A stretch of 64,000 bases of DNA from Wolbachia endosymbiont of Folsomia candida (GTDB lineage Bacteria > Pseudomonadota > Gammaproteobacteria > Diplorickettsiales > Diplorickettsiaceae), in assembly GCA_041949685.1 (NCBI GenBank), contig JBHGAL010000001.1, positions 36,015-100,014 of the forward strand, written 5' to 3'. Every line of letters starts with the position of its first letter. The first letter of the stretch is position 1. Below, piece by piece: positions 12,497 through 22,910 of the stretch. Made by a program: the position numbers and the translations under genes. The notes beneath the pieces were generated by a model. The model had not been told where the DNA came from. It worked only from the letters and a program-made list of their open reading frames with translations, and ran no database searches.

Positions 12497-13248
12497 GTAC
12501 ATTTTTTCTATTTATCTTGATATTTTGGCTTACGCTAGCAAATTCTTTTGAAAATAAGCGAGCAAAATTCTCATCATCTGATATGGCCTCCTTGCAACGT
12601 GGAGCAAAATATTTTATGAATTACTGCTCAGGGTGTCATTCACTCCAATATATGAGTTATAATCGACTTGGAATCGATCTGCAAATTGACGGTAAATTCA
12701 ATTCGTCCAACCAACAGCGATTGAAAGATAATCTCGTTTTTACTCAAGCTAAAACTAGCGATACAATAAAATCAAACTTACAAAAAAAAGAGGGTTTCTT
12801 ATGGTTTGGAAAGCCTCCTCCAGATCTTTCTTTGAGTATTCGGGCAAGAAATGCTGATTGGGTGTATAATTACTTACTTAGCTTTTATTTAGATGATACG
12901 AGGCCTTTTGGAGTTAACAATAGTTTCATTAAAAACACCGCAATGCCGGATCCATTAGCGACAATACGTATGGATACCCCTACTTATCATAATTTAAAGA
13001 ATACTAACGATCGGATATCCCTAAAAAATAGTAATCGTGCAATTTACTCACATTCTAATAAAAGTAGATCAAAAATCCCTACATTAGAAGAAGTAGTTAT
13101 TGATTTAGTTAATTTTTTAGCTTATATAGCCGACCCTACAAAAAATAATCGTCAATCGTTGGGAAAAAAAGTATGCGCATTCTTGTTGGTATTAACTTAT
13201 TTTGTTTATATTTTAAAAAAGCAAATTTGGGGAAATATAAAAAAATAA
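12478..13248 (+). CDS. petC: cytochrome c1
   Basis: 256 aa. It has the heme-binding motif CSGCHS, PPDLS and a C-terminal TM anchor. It is third in the petABC order. Confidence 0.9.
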   Translation: MHMWKISTFFLFILIFWLTLANSFENKRAKFSSSDMASLQRGAKYFMNYCSGCHSLQYMSYNRLGIDLQIDGKFNSSNQQRLKDNLVFTQAKTSDTIKSNLQKKEGFLWFGKPPPDLSLSIRARNADWVYNYLLSFYLDDTRPFGVNNSFIKNTAMPDPLATIRMDTPTYHNLKNTNDRISLKNSNRAIYSHSNKSRSKIPTLEEVVIDLVNFLAYIADPTKNNRQSLGKKVCAFLLVLTYFVYILKKQIWGNIKK

Positions 13249-13306
13249 ACTATTTTCATAAACCATGAAAAATGTTTTAAATTAATTAATATGGAGAACC
13301 TTTTAT

Positions 13307-13957
13307 ATGGCACAACCTGCCGGTAAACGTTCAACGATGAGTTTATATGCAAATATCAATGACCCCTATAGCCATAGGGTACGTATTGTTTTGGCAGAAA
13401 AAGGAATTAGTGCAGAAATTATAGAAGTATCGCCTACAGATTTACCTGAAGGATTGTTGCAACACAACCCCTATGGCACTGTTCCTACTATTATTGATCG
13501 AGATCTCGTCCTTTACGAAACAAATATTATTACCGAATATTTAGATGAGCGCTTTCCCCATCCTCCTTTATTACCGGTTTATCCGGTTGCTCGTGCTAAA
13601 AGTAGACAAATGATCTATAGAATTGAACGGGATTGGTACCCTTTATTACAGCAGATTGAAAGCGGATTAAATAATGCTAAAGTAACCAAGTCCGCAGATT
13701 CTATGCATGCCGCTCAAAAAAAATTGGAAGGTAGTTTGGCTAGTCTAGCTCCTATATTTGCTGGCAAGTCATTTTTCTTGAGTGACGAATTTACTTTAGT
13801 AGATTGTTGCATGGCACCGTTATTATGGCGTTTACAGCGTTTAGATATTAAACTAGCACCTATGCCAAGTGCTATCAAAGAATACGAAGAGCGCTTGTTT
13901 AAACGCCCCTCATTTAAAGCCACTTTAAATGAGGTCGAATTTGGAGTAAAAATTTAA
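13307..13957 (+). CDS. sspA: stringent starvation protein A
   Basis: 216 aa with a GST-like fold. YSHRVRIVLAEKG fits SspA, and it precedes sspB. Confidence 0.92.
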   Translation: MAQPAGKRSTMSLYANINDPYSHRVRIVLAEKGISAEIIEVSPTDLPEGLLQHNPYGTVPTIIDRDLVLYETNIITEYLDERFPHPPLLPVYPVARAKSRQMIYRIERDWYPLLQQIESGLNNAKVTKSADSMHAAQKKLEGSLASLAPIFAGKSFFLSDEFTLVDCCMAPLLWRLQRLDIKLAPMPSAIKEYEERLFKRPSFKATLNEVEFGVKI

Positions 13958-13958
13958 A

Positions 13959-14348
13959 ATGATGACCTCAAATCGTTCCTATTTATTACGTGCATTTTAT
14001 GATTGGATTATCGACAATCAATTAACACCCTATATTCTTTTAGATACTGAATTGCCACACGTAGAAGTACCAAAGCAATGTATAAAAGATGGTAAAATTA
14101 CTTTAAATATATCCAATGATGCTATATTAAATTTAAAAATAGATACTCAAGCTATACAATTTGAGGCAAGTTTTAATGGTCAATCGATGCTTATTTACGC
14201 CCCGATTCAAGCGGTATTAGCCATCTATACACGGGAAAATGGTCAAGGAATGGTATTTACAGAAGAAGAAAGCGGTGACGAGGGTGGAAATCCTACTCCT
14301 CCTCGGGTTAGACCAGGAACAAAACCCAAACTTTCTATTGTTAAATAG
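13959..14348 (+). CDS. sspB: ClpXP adaptor SspB
   Basis: 129 aa. It has the N-terminal RSYLLRAFYDWI motif and a C-terminal KPKLSIVK tail resembling the ClpX-binding LRVVK motif. Confidence 0.92.
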   Translation: MMTSNRSYLLRAFYDWIIDNQLTPYILLDTELPHVEVPKQCIKDGKITLNISNDAILNLKIDTQAIQFEASFNGQSMLIYAPIQAVLAIYTRENGQGMVFTEEESGDEGGNPTPPRVRPGTKPKLSIVK

Positions 14349-14349
14349 A

Positions 14350-14799
14350 ATGTCATCATCAATCATAATTGGATGGAGAGAGTTCGTATCTCTACCTGAA
14401 TTGGGTATTCCTCGTTTGAAGACCAAAGTAGATACCGGCGCACGAACCTCAGCTTTACATGCTTGTTGTGTAGAAGTTATTGAAAAAACTCCCCATCAAA
14501 AGCAAGTACGTTTTATCATACATCCCCAACCCAAACGCTTCCCTGAAAAATCTATTAAATGCATTGCCGACTTAATCGATATACGTGAAATTACTGACTC
14601 TGGTGGCCATAAAGAAAGTCGATGTGTTATTCAAACCTCCATCGTTATCGGCACCCAATGCTGGCCGATCGAAATTACTTTGACCAGTCGAGATAATATG
14701 CGCTTTAGAATGCTATTAGGTCGAACTGCTTTAAAACAACGTTTTCTCGTTGATCCAACTCATTCTTATTTATACAGTAAAAAAACTATAATCCCATGA
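14350..14799 (+). CDS. RimB-like retropepsin-type protease (DUF785, RimK-associated)
   Basis: The track ORF starts at 14239 inside sspB, so the ATG at 14350 ([19 protein letters not shown]) is more likely. It has the [13 protein letters not shown] motif. Its stop overlaps the rimK start. Confidence 0.75.
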   Translation: MSSSIIIGWREFVSLPELGIPRLKTKVDTGARTSALHACCVEVIEKTPHQKQVRFIIHPQPKRFPEKSIKCIADLIDIREITDSGGHKESRCVIQTSIVIGTQCWPIEITLTSRDNMRFRMLLGRTALKQRFLVDPTHSYLYSKKTIIP

Positions 14800-15677
14800 A
14801 AATTGCAATTTTGTCTCGTCGTCCAAAACTCTACTCTACGCGCCGTTTAGAAGAAGAAGCTAAGAAAAGAGGACATCAGGTTAAAATTATAGATACGTTG
14901 CGATGCTATATGAACATCACAACGCAAAACCCATATATACACTACAAAGGAAAAATTCTTGATAAATTCGATGCAATTATTCCAAGAATTGGAGCTTCGA
15001 TTACCTTTTATGGCGCCGCGTTGGTCAGACAATTTGAAATGATGGGTATTTTTGTTGCTAATAACTCAATTTCAATTACTAGAGCTCAAGATAAACTCCG
15101 TTCCTTACAAATTCTATCTCGAAAAGGAGTAGGTTTACCTATTACGGGATTTGCTTATTCTCCTGATGATATTCAAGATCTAATCAGCATGGTAGGTGGC
15201 CCACCTTTAGTCATCAAAATTTTAGAAGGCACACAAGGTATTGGGGTAGTATTAGCAGAGACTCAGCAGGCGGCGATTAGTGTTATTGAAGCTTTTTTAG
15301 ATTTACAAGCCCATATTATGGTTCAAGAATACATCAAAGAAGCTAAAGCTGCGGATATTCGTTGCTTTGTAGTCAATGGCAAAGTCATTGCAGCTATGGA
15401 ACGACAAGCAAAACTAGGGGAGTTTCGCTCTAATATCCATCGTGGGGGGACCGTCCGACTTGCTAAATTAACCGCTGAAGAACGAGCAACGGCGGTTCGA
15501 GCTGCTAAAGTTATTGGTCTAAATATTGCAGGGGTTGACTTATTACGCTCCAATAGAGGCCCTTTGGTAATGGAAGTGAATTCGTCTCCTGGATTAGAGG
15601 GAATAGAAAAGGCCACACAAAAAAATGTTGCTGAAATTATTATTAAATCTATCGAAAAAAGATCCAATAAGCATTAA
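14796..15677 (+). CDS. rimK: ribosomal protein S6 / alpha-L-glutamate ligase RimK (ATP-grasp)
   Basis: 293 aa. MKIAILSR...YSTRRL and the ATP-grasp motifs ([24 protein letters not shown]) support the call. Confidence 0.92.
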   Translation: MKIAILSRRPKLYSTRRLEEEAKKRGHQVKIIDTLRCYMNITTQNPYIHYKGKILDKFDAIIPRIGASITFYGAALVRQFEMMGIFVANNSISITRAQDKLRSLQILSRKGVGLPITGFAYSPDDIQDLISMVGGPPLVIKILEGTQGIGVVLAETQQAAISVIEAFLDLQAHIMVQEYIKEAKAADIRCFVVNGKVIAAMERQAKLGEFRSNIHRGGTVRLAKLTAEERATAVRAAKVIGLNIAGVDLLRSNRGPLVMEVNSSPGLEGIEKATQKNVAEIIIKSIEKRSNKH

Positions 15678-15734
15678 TCATTAATGAGAAGAGTATAGTT
15701 GACTCTAGAATGTTGTCATCGTATAAATTAAAGT

Positions 15735-17033
15735 ATGACGACTAATGCATATCCTTTTTCACCCTTGGCAACGCGCTTACGCCCTCAGCATATAGATGAG
15801 TTTTTTGGCCAAACTCACTTATTAGGCCCCCAAAAGACTTTGCGCCTAGCCATATTAAACGGTCAATTACATTCGATGCTCCTGTGGGGACCTCCCGGAA
15901 CAGGAAAAACGACTTTAGCCTCTTTAATAGCAAATCACATTCAAGCCAGATTTGTATCTTTATCGGCATTGCAATCCGGTGTTAAAGAAATAAGAAAACT
16001 TGCTGAGGATACAAAAGCTCAACTCGATCCGAAATCACCCAAAAAGACTATCTGTTTTATAGATGAAATTCATCGCTTCAACAAATCTCAACAAGACTCA
16101 CTTTTGCCTTTTGTTGAATCGGGACTCTTCATATTAATTGGCGCTACGACGGAAAACCCCTCTTTTGAAATAAACAACGCCTTACTTTCGCGAACTCGAG
16201 TGTATGTACTAAAAAAATTAAGTACAGAAGAAATTATTCAGATCATTGATCGTGCTTTAAGTAATGTTGAAAATGGATTAGGTAAAAGAAATTTAAAGAT
16301 GGAAACTTCTGTAAAAAAACAATTAGCACAAATTGGTGATGGAGATGCACGTCAGGTTTTAAATCTTCTGGAAATTGCCGCAGACCTAGCAGAAAATAAT
16401 ATTATAGACGAGAATATCTTAAAAATAGTCACTCAAACTAATCTACGTCGTTTTGATAAAGGTGGCGAGATTTTTCATGATCAAATTTCTGCTTTACATA
16501 AGTCGGTGCGCGGATCGGATCCTGATGCTGCACTATACTGGCTTGCACGCATGCTCGATGGTGGATGCGATCCTTTATATATTGCGCGGCGTATACTCCG
16601 TATGGCAAGCGAAGATATCGGCAACGCTGATCCACGAGGTTTACACCTAGCCTTAGGAGCATGGGAGGTACAAGAACGTTTAGGTAGCCCTGAAGGAGAA
16701 CTTGCTTTAGCTCAGGCTATCGTTTATTTGTCCTGTACTGCAAAAAGTAATGCCGTTTATACTGCATTTAATGCGGCTATGAAAGATGCTCAAGAAAAAG
16801 GTACATTGGAAGTCCCCCTACATTTGCGTAATACCCCAACCCAATTAATGCGCAAATTAGATTATGGAAAAAACTATCGTTACGCCCATAATGAACCTAA
16901 CGCTTACGCCGATGGGGAACACTACTTTCCTGAAGAATTAAAGGATCGGCAATATTATTTTCCTGTTCCTCGCGGTTTAGAACTTAAAATTGCAGAAAAA
17001 CTTGCTTGTTTAAAAAAATCAGAAAAAATATAA
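15735..17033 (+). CDS. rarA: replication-associated recombination protein A (AAA+)
   Basis: 432 aa. It has Walker [20 protein letters not shown] and the MgsA C-terminal YAHNEPNAY region. Confidence 0.93.
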   Translation: MTTNAYPFSPLATRLRPQHIDEFFGQTHLLGPQKTLRLAILNGQLHSMLLWGPPGTGKTTLASLIANHIQARFVSLSALQSGVKEIRKLAEDTKAQLDPKSPKKTICFIDEIHRFNKSQQDSLLPFVESGLFILIGATTENPSFEINNALLSRTRVYVLKKLSTEEIIQIIDRALSNVENGLGKRNLKMETSVKKQLAQIGDGDARQVLNLLEIAADLAENNIIDENILKIVTQTNLRRFDKGGEIFHDQISALHKSVRGSDPDAALYWLARMLDGGCDPLYIARRILRMASEDIGNADPRGLHLALGAWEVQERLGSPEGELALAQAIVYLSCTAKSNAVYTAFNAAMKDAQEKGTLEVPLHLRNTPTQLMRKLDYGKNYRYAHNEPNAYADGEHYFPEELKDRQYYFPVPRGLELKIAEKLACLKKSEKI

Positions 17034-17054
17034 AAAATATTTTTAATTTATGAT

Positions 17055-17173
17055 TATACCAATTGCATAACCCAGTGATAGGATTGAGTTCGAGGCAAAC
17101 GATAGTCGAGGGCCGGAGTTTACATGAGTAAATGAGGACCGTAGACTAACGTTTAACAAAGAAATCAAGTCTA
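17055..17173 (-). repeat. MITE/REP-like palindromic element, divergent copy E (inverted)
   Basis: It shares CCAATTGC..., CCGGAGT.TA...CATGAG and AACA.AG..AAA.TCAAGT blocks with copy B at 27900. An internal imperfect hairpin pairs AAACGATAGTCGAGGGCC with GAGGACCGTAGACTAACGTTT. It fills the gap between the rarA and lplT-aas stops. Confidence 0.5.
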
Positions 17174-20100
17174 TCACGCAGGATTATGCTGTTCTTCTAG
17201 CCAAATTTTAACACCTATGTAATTTACCTTACCACTACCTAATAATGGCATACTATCGATAAAATATAATTTTCGCGGTAAACTTAATTCAGAAAATCCC
17301 TTTTCTTTGAATGCTTTAATAAGCATAGGTCGAGTTGCCAATTTATAATCTGTAACTAAAACAATTTGCTCCCCTTTTTTAGCGTCGGGAACGCTTAATA
17401 TGGCATGGTGTTTATCAGGCCATAAGTCATAAATTATATTCTCTATTGCTGTTAAAGAAACCATTTCACCACTAATTTTTGCAAAGCGTTTGGCTCTATC
17501 TTTTATGGATAGGTATCCTTCGTCATCTACCTCCACAATATCTCCCGTATCATACCAACCATGGCTGGGAGGAATAATTTCGCCAATTTGTTCTTTGCTT
17601 AGGTAACCTAACATTACATTAGGGCCTGATATCAATAAACGTCCTCCCTGCTTAATTTCGGGAACAGGTTCAATCTCATAGCGAATACCTGGTAAAAAAT
17701 TACCTACGGTACCAGGTTTATTTTGCATCGGTGTATTCACACTAATAACTGGAGATGCTTCCGTCACACCATAACCTTCAAAAATACGAATTCCAAATTT
17801 TTCCATCCATAGTTTACGTGTTTTTTCTTTTAATTTTTCTGCACCCGCAAAAACATAACGAATGCTATAAAAATCATAGGGATGGGCATAACGACCATAG
17901 CCGGCTAAAAAAGTATCTGCTCCAAACATGATAGTTGCATTACATTCATAAATCATATTAGGAACTTTACGATAATGTAAAGGAGATGGATAAATAAAGG
18001 TTTTTATTCCATGATAGATGGGTAGAATGATGCATGCAGTTAATCCAAAAGCATGAAAAAATGGTAATGAACTAAAGAAAATATCTCGCTGATTAAAATC
18101 GACCTGTGTAGTCACTTGGGCAAGATTTGCTTGTATATTTTTATGACTGAGAACCACTCCCTTAGGTTCACCCTCTGACCCGGAAGTAAATAAAATAACC
18201 GCTGGATCTTGTGGGTTAGTCCCTTTTTTTAATTTTTTATAATAATAATACTGGGGAAATCGACTTAGTAAACTAGCACGAAGTTTGTCTTTCCAAGAAA
18301 TTTCTTCTTTTATATCTTCTAAATATATAATTTGAATAGACTTTTCATTTAATCGGTTCACAAGATCAAATAGATTGCCTACTTCAATAAATTTTCTGGA
18401 GGTGAATATGCTATGAACCTGAGCAATCCTACAGGCTGATTCTATTTGAGCAGCGCCCGCTGTGTAATTTAATAAAGCGGGTACTCTACCATAGGCTTGT
18501 AAAGCAAAAAAATTAACGACTGCAGTCACCGTGTTAGGCAACAAAAGTCCTACTGCTTCCTGATACTTAGTATAACGACAAATGTAAGGACCTAAAATAA
18601 AACAACGGGTTATTAATTGATCATAGTTAATAGGTACTCGTGTAATATCTTCTAGTATTTTTGTAGGACCCTTATGAATTGATTTCGCTTCTAATAAAGA
18701 TTGAAATAGGGTTTTATTATAATCTGTGCTTCTAAATAGCATCTCCACCATCATGTCATAAAGCTGATTACTAATAACTTGTCTTCTTTTTCGACTACTC
18801 ATCGTCGGATCAACAATAAATTTTCTAGGTGGTAAAATTGAAATATAAATTTTAGGAAACCAACGTATTTGGACTTTCCCCCGCAAGCGGGAAAAAGGAG
18901 TATATTGCGCACCTTGTAAACGAATAGGCAGTAAATTAACTTTTGCATGATCCGCTATTAACCCCGGCCCTTCATAAAGCTTCATCAACGCACCGGTGGT
19001 GGTAATTCTTCCTTCAGGAAAAATTACACATTTTTGTCCTTTTTTTACCTCCTTAATTAAAGTCTTGATAGCTAAAGGATTTAAAGGGTCTAACTCAAAA
19101 ACTTTAGAAAAATACAAAAAAGGTCGTATCCACCAAATACGTGATGTAAAACTATTAATCGCGAATAAAAGCTCGTCGGGTAAAAATGCATAAAGTAGTA
19201 CCACATCTAGAAAAGAAGTATGGTTCGCTATAATAACTACACTTTCACCTGCTTCTTTATAATTCTCAAAACCACTTAACTTCACATCATATAGACATCT
19301 CAATATTTTTCGTAAAATTGGTTTAATCAATCCTTGTGGTATTAATCGTGTGGCATATATGGCCAATCCTGTATTAATGACCCCCAATAGTAAAAAAATC
19401 TGCGTAACACTTAAATCAACTTTAAGTAAAAAAACAATAATGATACTGGATAGAACTATAAAAAAAGAATTAATAATGTTTGTCGCACCTATTGTGCGCG
19501 CACGATGTTCGGTAGCAGTATCGGTTTGAATTAAGGCATAAAGAGGCACTGCATACATACCCCCACTCACTGATAAACCTAACAAGTCTATACAAATTCG
19601 CCAATGTATTAAGGAATTAAAAAAGCCAGAGAAATTAATCAGTTCTTTTGGATTATAGATAGAATGCTTGGACGCAAAATAAAGATCAATCATAAAAATA
19701 CTCATCAACCAAAGGCTAATGGGTATCCATTTCATACTTATTCTATGTTTTAATAAGCGATTACAAACTAATGAGCCACAAGCAATACCTACTGTAAAAA
19801 TAACTAAAAAAAGTGTCACTACACCAGCATCTGCATGCAAGACATTCTTAGTAAAACTAGGAAATTGCGTTAAAAACGTAGCACCAATTACCCAAAACCA
19901 AGAAATAGCGAGTATCGCTAAAAAAACCTTTTTTTCAGTTTTTACTTGTTGAATAATTTTTACTGAAGATTGAATAAAATTTAAATTTAATTTTAAATTT
20001 GGGTTTGCTTTAGTGGTTACTGGGATATAAAAACTAGCGAATAGACCCAGGCCTGCAATAGAAATTATTATGGTTGAAATCCATCTTAAATCCGTATGAT

Positions 20101-20647
20101 TAGCTATTAATAAGCCGCCTAATAGTGTTCCTATCAAAATAGCAATAAATGTACTTGCTTCAACTAATGCGTTACCTGCAATTAATTCATCCTTTTCTAA
20201 TAAATCCGGTAAAATAGCGTATTTAATGGGGCCAAAAAAACTTGAGTGTATCCCCATAAAAAATAAAACTAACATCAACAGACTTACTGAATGGAGGTAA
20301 AAACCTAAGCTTGCCAGTAACATAAAAATGCATTCGAAGCCTTTAATAATAATCGTCAAATATCTTCGGCTTAGTTTATCGGCTAACTGTCCAGCGAATG
20401 CTGAGAAAAGAAAAAAAGGTAAAATAAACAATCCAGCCGCTAGAGTGACTGAAAGCTGCTGCAACAATAGGGATTGTGGGATGAGTTGATAAGTAATTAA
20501 GATAATTAATGCATTTTTAAAGACATTATCATTAAATGCACCCAAGAATTGAACTAGCAACAAGGGCACAAATCGTCGATTTTTTAATAAAGAAAACTGA
20601 GTAAATACGGGCATAAACCCTCTCATGAGGCCTAGTAAATGCCCCAT
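17174..20647 (-). CDS. aas: fused lysophospholipid transporter LplT (MFS) / PlsC-type acyltransferase / acyl-ACP synthetase (Aas)
   Basis: 1157 aa. The N-terminal ~430 aa form a 12-TM MFS domain. A NHTSFLD (HX4D) acyltransferase motif and PEGRITT follow. The C-terminal AMP-binding domain has LFTSGSEGEPKGV, GYGVTE and YDTGD. The exact start is uncertain. Confidence 0.88.
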   Translation of the reverse strand: MGHLLGLMRGFMPVFTQFSLLKNRRFVPLLLVQFLGAFNDNVFKNALIILITYQLIPQSLLLQQLSVTLAAGLFILPFFLFSAFAGQLADKLSRRYLTIIIKGFECIFMLLASLGFYLHSVSLLMLVLFFMGIHSSFFGPIKYAILPDLLEKDELIAGNALVEASTFIAILIGTLLGGLLIANHTDLRWISTIIISIAGLGLFASFYIPVTTKANPNLKLNLNFIQSSVKIIQQVKTEKKVFLAILAISWFWVIGATFLTQFPSFTKNVLHADAGVVTLFLVIFTVGIACGSLVCNRLLKHRISMKWIPISLWLMSIFMIDLYFASKHSIYNPKELINFSGFFNSLIHWRICIDLLGLSVSGGMYAVPLYALIQTDTATEHRARTIGATNIINSFFIVLSSIIIVFLLKVDLSVTQIFLLLGVINTGLAIYATRLIPQGLIKPILRKILRCLYDVKLSGFENYKEAGESVVIIANHTSFLDVVLLYAFLPDELLFAINSFTSRIWWIRPFLYFSKVFELDPLNPLAIKTLIKEVKKGQKCVIFPEGRITTTGALMKLYEGPGLIADHAKVNLLPIRLQGAQYTPFSRLRGKVQIRWFPKIYISILPPRKFIVDPTMSSRKRRQVISNQLYDMMVEMLFRSTDYNKTLFQSLLEAKSIHKGPTKILEDITRVPINYDQLITRCFILGPYICRYTKYQEAVGLLLPNTVTAVVNFFALQAYGRVPALLNYTAGAAQIESACRIAQVHSIFTSRKFIEVGNLFDLVNRLNEKSIQIIYLEDIKEEISWKDKLRASLLSRFPQYYYYKKLKKGTNPQDPAVILFTSGSEGEPKGVVLSHKNIQANLAQVTTQVDFNQRDIFFSSLPFFHAFGLTACIILPIYHGIKTFIYPSPLHYRKVPNMIYECNATIMFGADTFLAGYGRYAHPYDFYSIRYVFAGAEKLKEKTRKLWMEKFGIRIFEGYGVTEASPVISVNTPMQNKPGTVGNFLPGIRYEIEPVPEIKQGGRLLISGPNVMLGYLSKEQIGEIIPPSHGWYDTGDIVEVDDEGYLSIKDRAKRFAKISGEMVSLTAIENIIYDLWPDKHHAILSVPDAKKGEQIVLVTDYKLATRPMLIKAFKEKGFSELSLPRKLYFIDSMPLLGSGKVNYIGVKIWLEEQHNPA

Positions 20648-20930
20648 TTAAAAAATTTTATCAGTATAACATACGAAAAATGCTTGCTTTTAAACCTATT
20701 TTTCTAAATTCTGATAGAAAATTTTAATCCAATTTAATAAAATTATGTGGACTAAGGAACAAAACTGAATAAATAGCTTAGAAAAGTTTGGGATGTAAGA
20801 CTTAGCTGTTATGAATAGAGCAGTTGATATTAATTGATTGCGCAGGTATTATCCTTACCCGAAGTTGGCCCAAGTTTTGCTCTTAGAGCGGCTTAATATG
20901 GCAACTCTTAATCATAAGTTTGGTGGAATA

Positions 20931-21007
20931 CGGGGTATAGCGCAGTCTGGTAGCGCGCCTGCTTTGGGAGCAGGATGTCGGGGGTTCGAATCCCTCTACC
21001 CCGACCA
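20931..21007 (+). tRNA. tRNA-Pro (TGG)
   Basis: CGGGGTATAGCGCAGTCTGGTAGCGCGCCTGCTTTGGGAGCAGG...ACCCCGACCA folds as a cloverleaf. The anticodon loop is TTTGGGA. Confidence 0.95.
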
Positions 21008-21167
21008 ATTATTTATACTTAGTTTTGCTCATTAACTAGTAAAGTATATTATATAATTTTTGATCTTAACATCCAAAGGTATATTAATTTAGATAAAAAT
21101 TAGCTTTTGATCAGGATATGAACCCTGTTATTTAAACTTTTATTAAGATGGTAATTTTTCAGGAATA

Positions 21168-21244
21168 GCGCCTGTAGCTCATCTGGATAGAGCATCGGCC
21201 TTCTAAGCCGAGGGTAGCAGGTTCGAGTCCTGCCAGGCGCACCA
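21168..21244 (+). tRNA. tRNA-Arg (TCT)
   Basis: GCGCCTGTAGCTCATCTGGATAGAGCATCGGCCTTCTAAGCCGA...CAGGCGCACCA folds as a cloverleaf. The anticodon loop is CTTCTAA. Confidence 0.95.
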
Positions 21245-21271
21245 ATTCATAATTGCGCTCTTATGTTTAAT

Positions 21272-21348
21272 GGTGGACGTAGCTCAGTTGGTAGAGCCCC
21301 GGATTGTGATTCCGGTTGTCGTGGGTTCGATCCCCATCGTTCACCCCA
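21272..21348 (+). tRNA. tRNA-His (GTG)
   Basis: GGTGGACGTAGCTCAGTTGGTAGAGCCCCGGATTGTGATTCCGG...TTCACCCCA has the extra 5' G(-1) typical of tRNA-His. Confidence 0.95.
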
Positions 21349-21353
21349 TTTTT

Positions 21354-21429
21354 GGGCCGTTAGCTCAGCTGGTAGAGCAGTAGACTCTTAATCTATTGGT
21401 CGATGGTTCGATCCCATCACGGCCCACCA
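21354..21429 (+). tRNA. tRNA-Lys (CTT)
   Basis: GGGCCGTTAGCTCAGCTGGTAGAGCAGTAGACTCTTAATCTATTGG...GGCCCACCA folds as a cloverleaf. The anticodon loop is CTCTTAA. Confidence 0.93.
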
Positions 21430-21505
21430 AAATTCCCACTTAAATATTTATACAACTTTAAAATTCACGCCCACGAATTCCGTCAGTGTCAAATATTTTT
21501 ATGTT

Positions 21506-21650
21506 TTATTCATGACTTGTATATTTATAAATAAGATTTTCGATAGTTTGCTCTAGTGTCCATTGATGTTTAAAGCCGGTAAGCCTATACAATTTGGTTA
21601 AATCAGGACGTCGTTGCTTAATATCAACCAATTCCTCGCCATAAGCCTGC
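21506..21650 (-). pseudogene. remnant of the C-terminus of an NAD-dependent sugar-nucleotide epimerase/decarboxylase (UXS/ArnA-like)
   Basis: Hand translation of the minus strand gives ...AYGEELVDIKQRRPDLTKLYRLTGFKHQWTLEQTIENLIYKYTSHE*. This matches the D(P)KQRRPDI...LGW.P...L.EG...TI.YF tail of UDP-glucuronate decarboxylase-type SDR enzymes. No N-terminal Rossmann part is present upstream. Confidence 0.4.
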
Positions 21651-21791
21651 CCCTGAAACAGCGCTAGGCATACCCAAAAGAGAGTTTTTATTATTAGTTC
21701 GAGAGAGGCGCGCTAGATTAACCACAAATTTGCTTATCAATTTTTTTTCACTAAACTGAAAAAAGTATTAATTCTATCTAAGGAGATTCGT

Positions 21792-21944
21792 ATGCCTCTT
21801 GTTAAAGGAAAAGCCGCCAAAACTTCTAAAGGATTTTCAGCTAATGTGAAACAAGAAATTAAAGCAGAAAAACCTCAGAAGCAAGCTGTTGCTATTGCTT
21901 ATAGCATGGCACGAAAAAAAACCAGAAAAAGCAAAAAAAAATAG
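21792..21944 (+). CDS. small lysine-rich protein (50 aa), not in the ORF track
   Basis: ATG at 21792 is preceded by TAAGGAGATTCGT. The product is MPLVKGKAAKTSKGFSANVKQEIKAEKPQKQAVAIAYSMARKKTRKSKKK*. The PQKQAVAIA core resembles a widespread small-protein family that I recall but cannot name with certainty. Confidence 0.5.
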   Translation: MPLVKGKAAKTSKGFSANVKQEIKAEKPQKQAVAIAYSMARKKTRKSKKK

Positions 21945-21950
21945 TTATTT

Positions 21951-22910
21951 TCAGACATCAAAGTCATTTGGGAAATAATTCTTTATAAAATAAAGCGGCC
22001 TATTTTTTGCCTCATTAAACGTTCTTCCTAAATATTCACCGATGATACCTAAGGTAAATAATTGTATACTACCTAAAAATAAAATAACCACCATTAAAGA
22101 AGGATAGCCTCTAGCAGGGTCGCCAAATAATAGCGTTTTAGTAATAATAATAATTCCATAAATAAATGCAATGAAAGCAGTAAGTAGACCTAAATAACTA
22201 GCCAATTTAAGTGGCATAATAGTAAAAGAAGTAATTCCTTCTATAGCAAAATTCCATAACTTGAAATAACTCCATTTACTTTTCCCTGCAAAACGCTCAT
22301 CCATTTTATAATCTATACTTTTTTGCGGAAAACCAATCCATGCAAATAAACCTTTCATAAAACGATGCTGTTCTTTTATTTTTTTTACTGCCTCGACTGC
22401 TCGACGGCTCAGTAGGCGAAAATCACTTGCATGGCTAGGAATGGGTATTTTTGCTACTGAATTTAGGGTTTTATAAAATATATGCGTTAAGTTTCTTTTG
22501 ACACATGACTCAGTTTGACGATTCATAGGTCTTGCATAAACGATATCATATCCTTGCTTGGCAACTTGAATAAATTTAGGAATTAATTCTGGAGGATGCT
22601 GTAAATCTGCATCCATAATTATAACAAATTCACCTTGCGCATAATTTAAGCCAGCTGTTAATGCAATTTCTTTACCAAAATTTCGACTTAAAGACAAATA
22701 TGAAATGCGTGAATCATGCTTTTTCAATTGTCTAATAATTTCGTCAGAGGCATCTTGGCTTCCATCATCCACATATAAGATCTCGATAGGCTTGTGAATA
22801 GAAGCTAAAACTGAGATAAGACGCGAATGAAAATTTTTTAACACTTCATGCTCGTTATAAACGGGAATAATCACGGTAAGGAATATAGATAAGGATAGTT
22901 CTTCTTTCAT
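21951..22910 (-). CDS. GT2 polyprenyl-phosphate glycosyltransferase (GtrB/ArnC-like)
   Basis: 319 aa. It has an N-terminal GT-A domain (VIIPVYNE, YVDDGSQD, DADLQHPPE) and two C-terminal TM helices, the architecture of ArnC/GtrB. Confidence 0.85.
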   Translation of the reverse strand: MKEELSLSIFLTVIIPVYNEHEVLKNFHSRLISVLASIHKPIEILYVDDGSQDASDEIIRQLKKHDSRISYLSLSRNFGKEIALTAGLNYAQGEFVIIMDADLQHPPELIPKFIQVAKQGYDIVYARPMNRQTESCVKRNLTHIFYKTLNSVAKIPIPSHASDFRLLSRRAVEAVKKIKEQHRFMKGLFAWIGFPQKSIDYKMDERFAGKSKWSYFKLWNFAIEGITSFTIMPLKLASYLGLLTAFIAFIYGIIIITKTLLFGDPARGYPSLMVVILFLGSIQLFTLGIIGEYLGRTFNEAKNRPLYFIKNYFPNDFDV

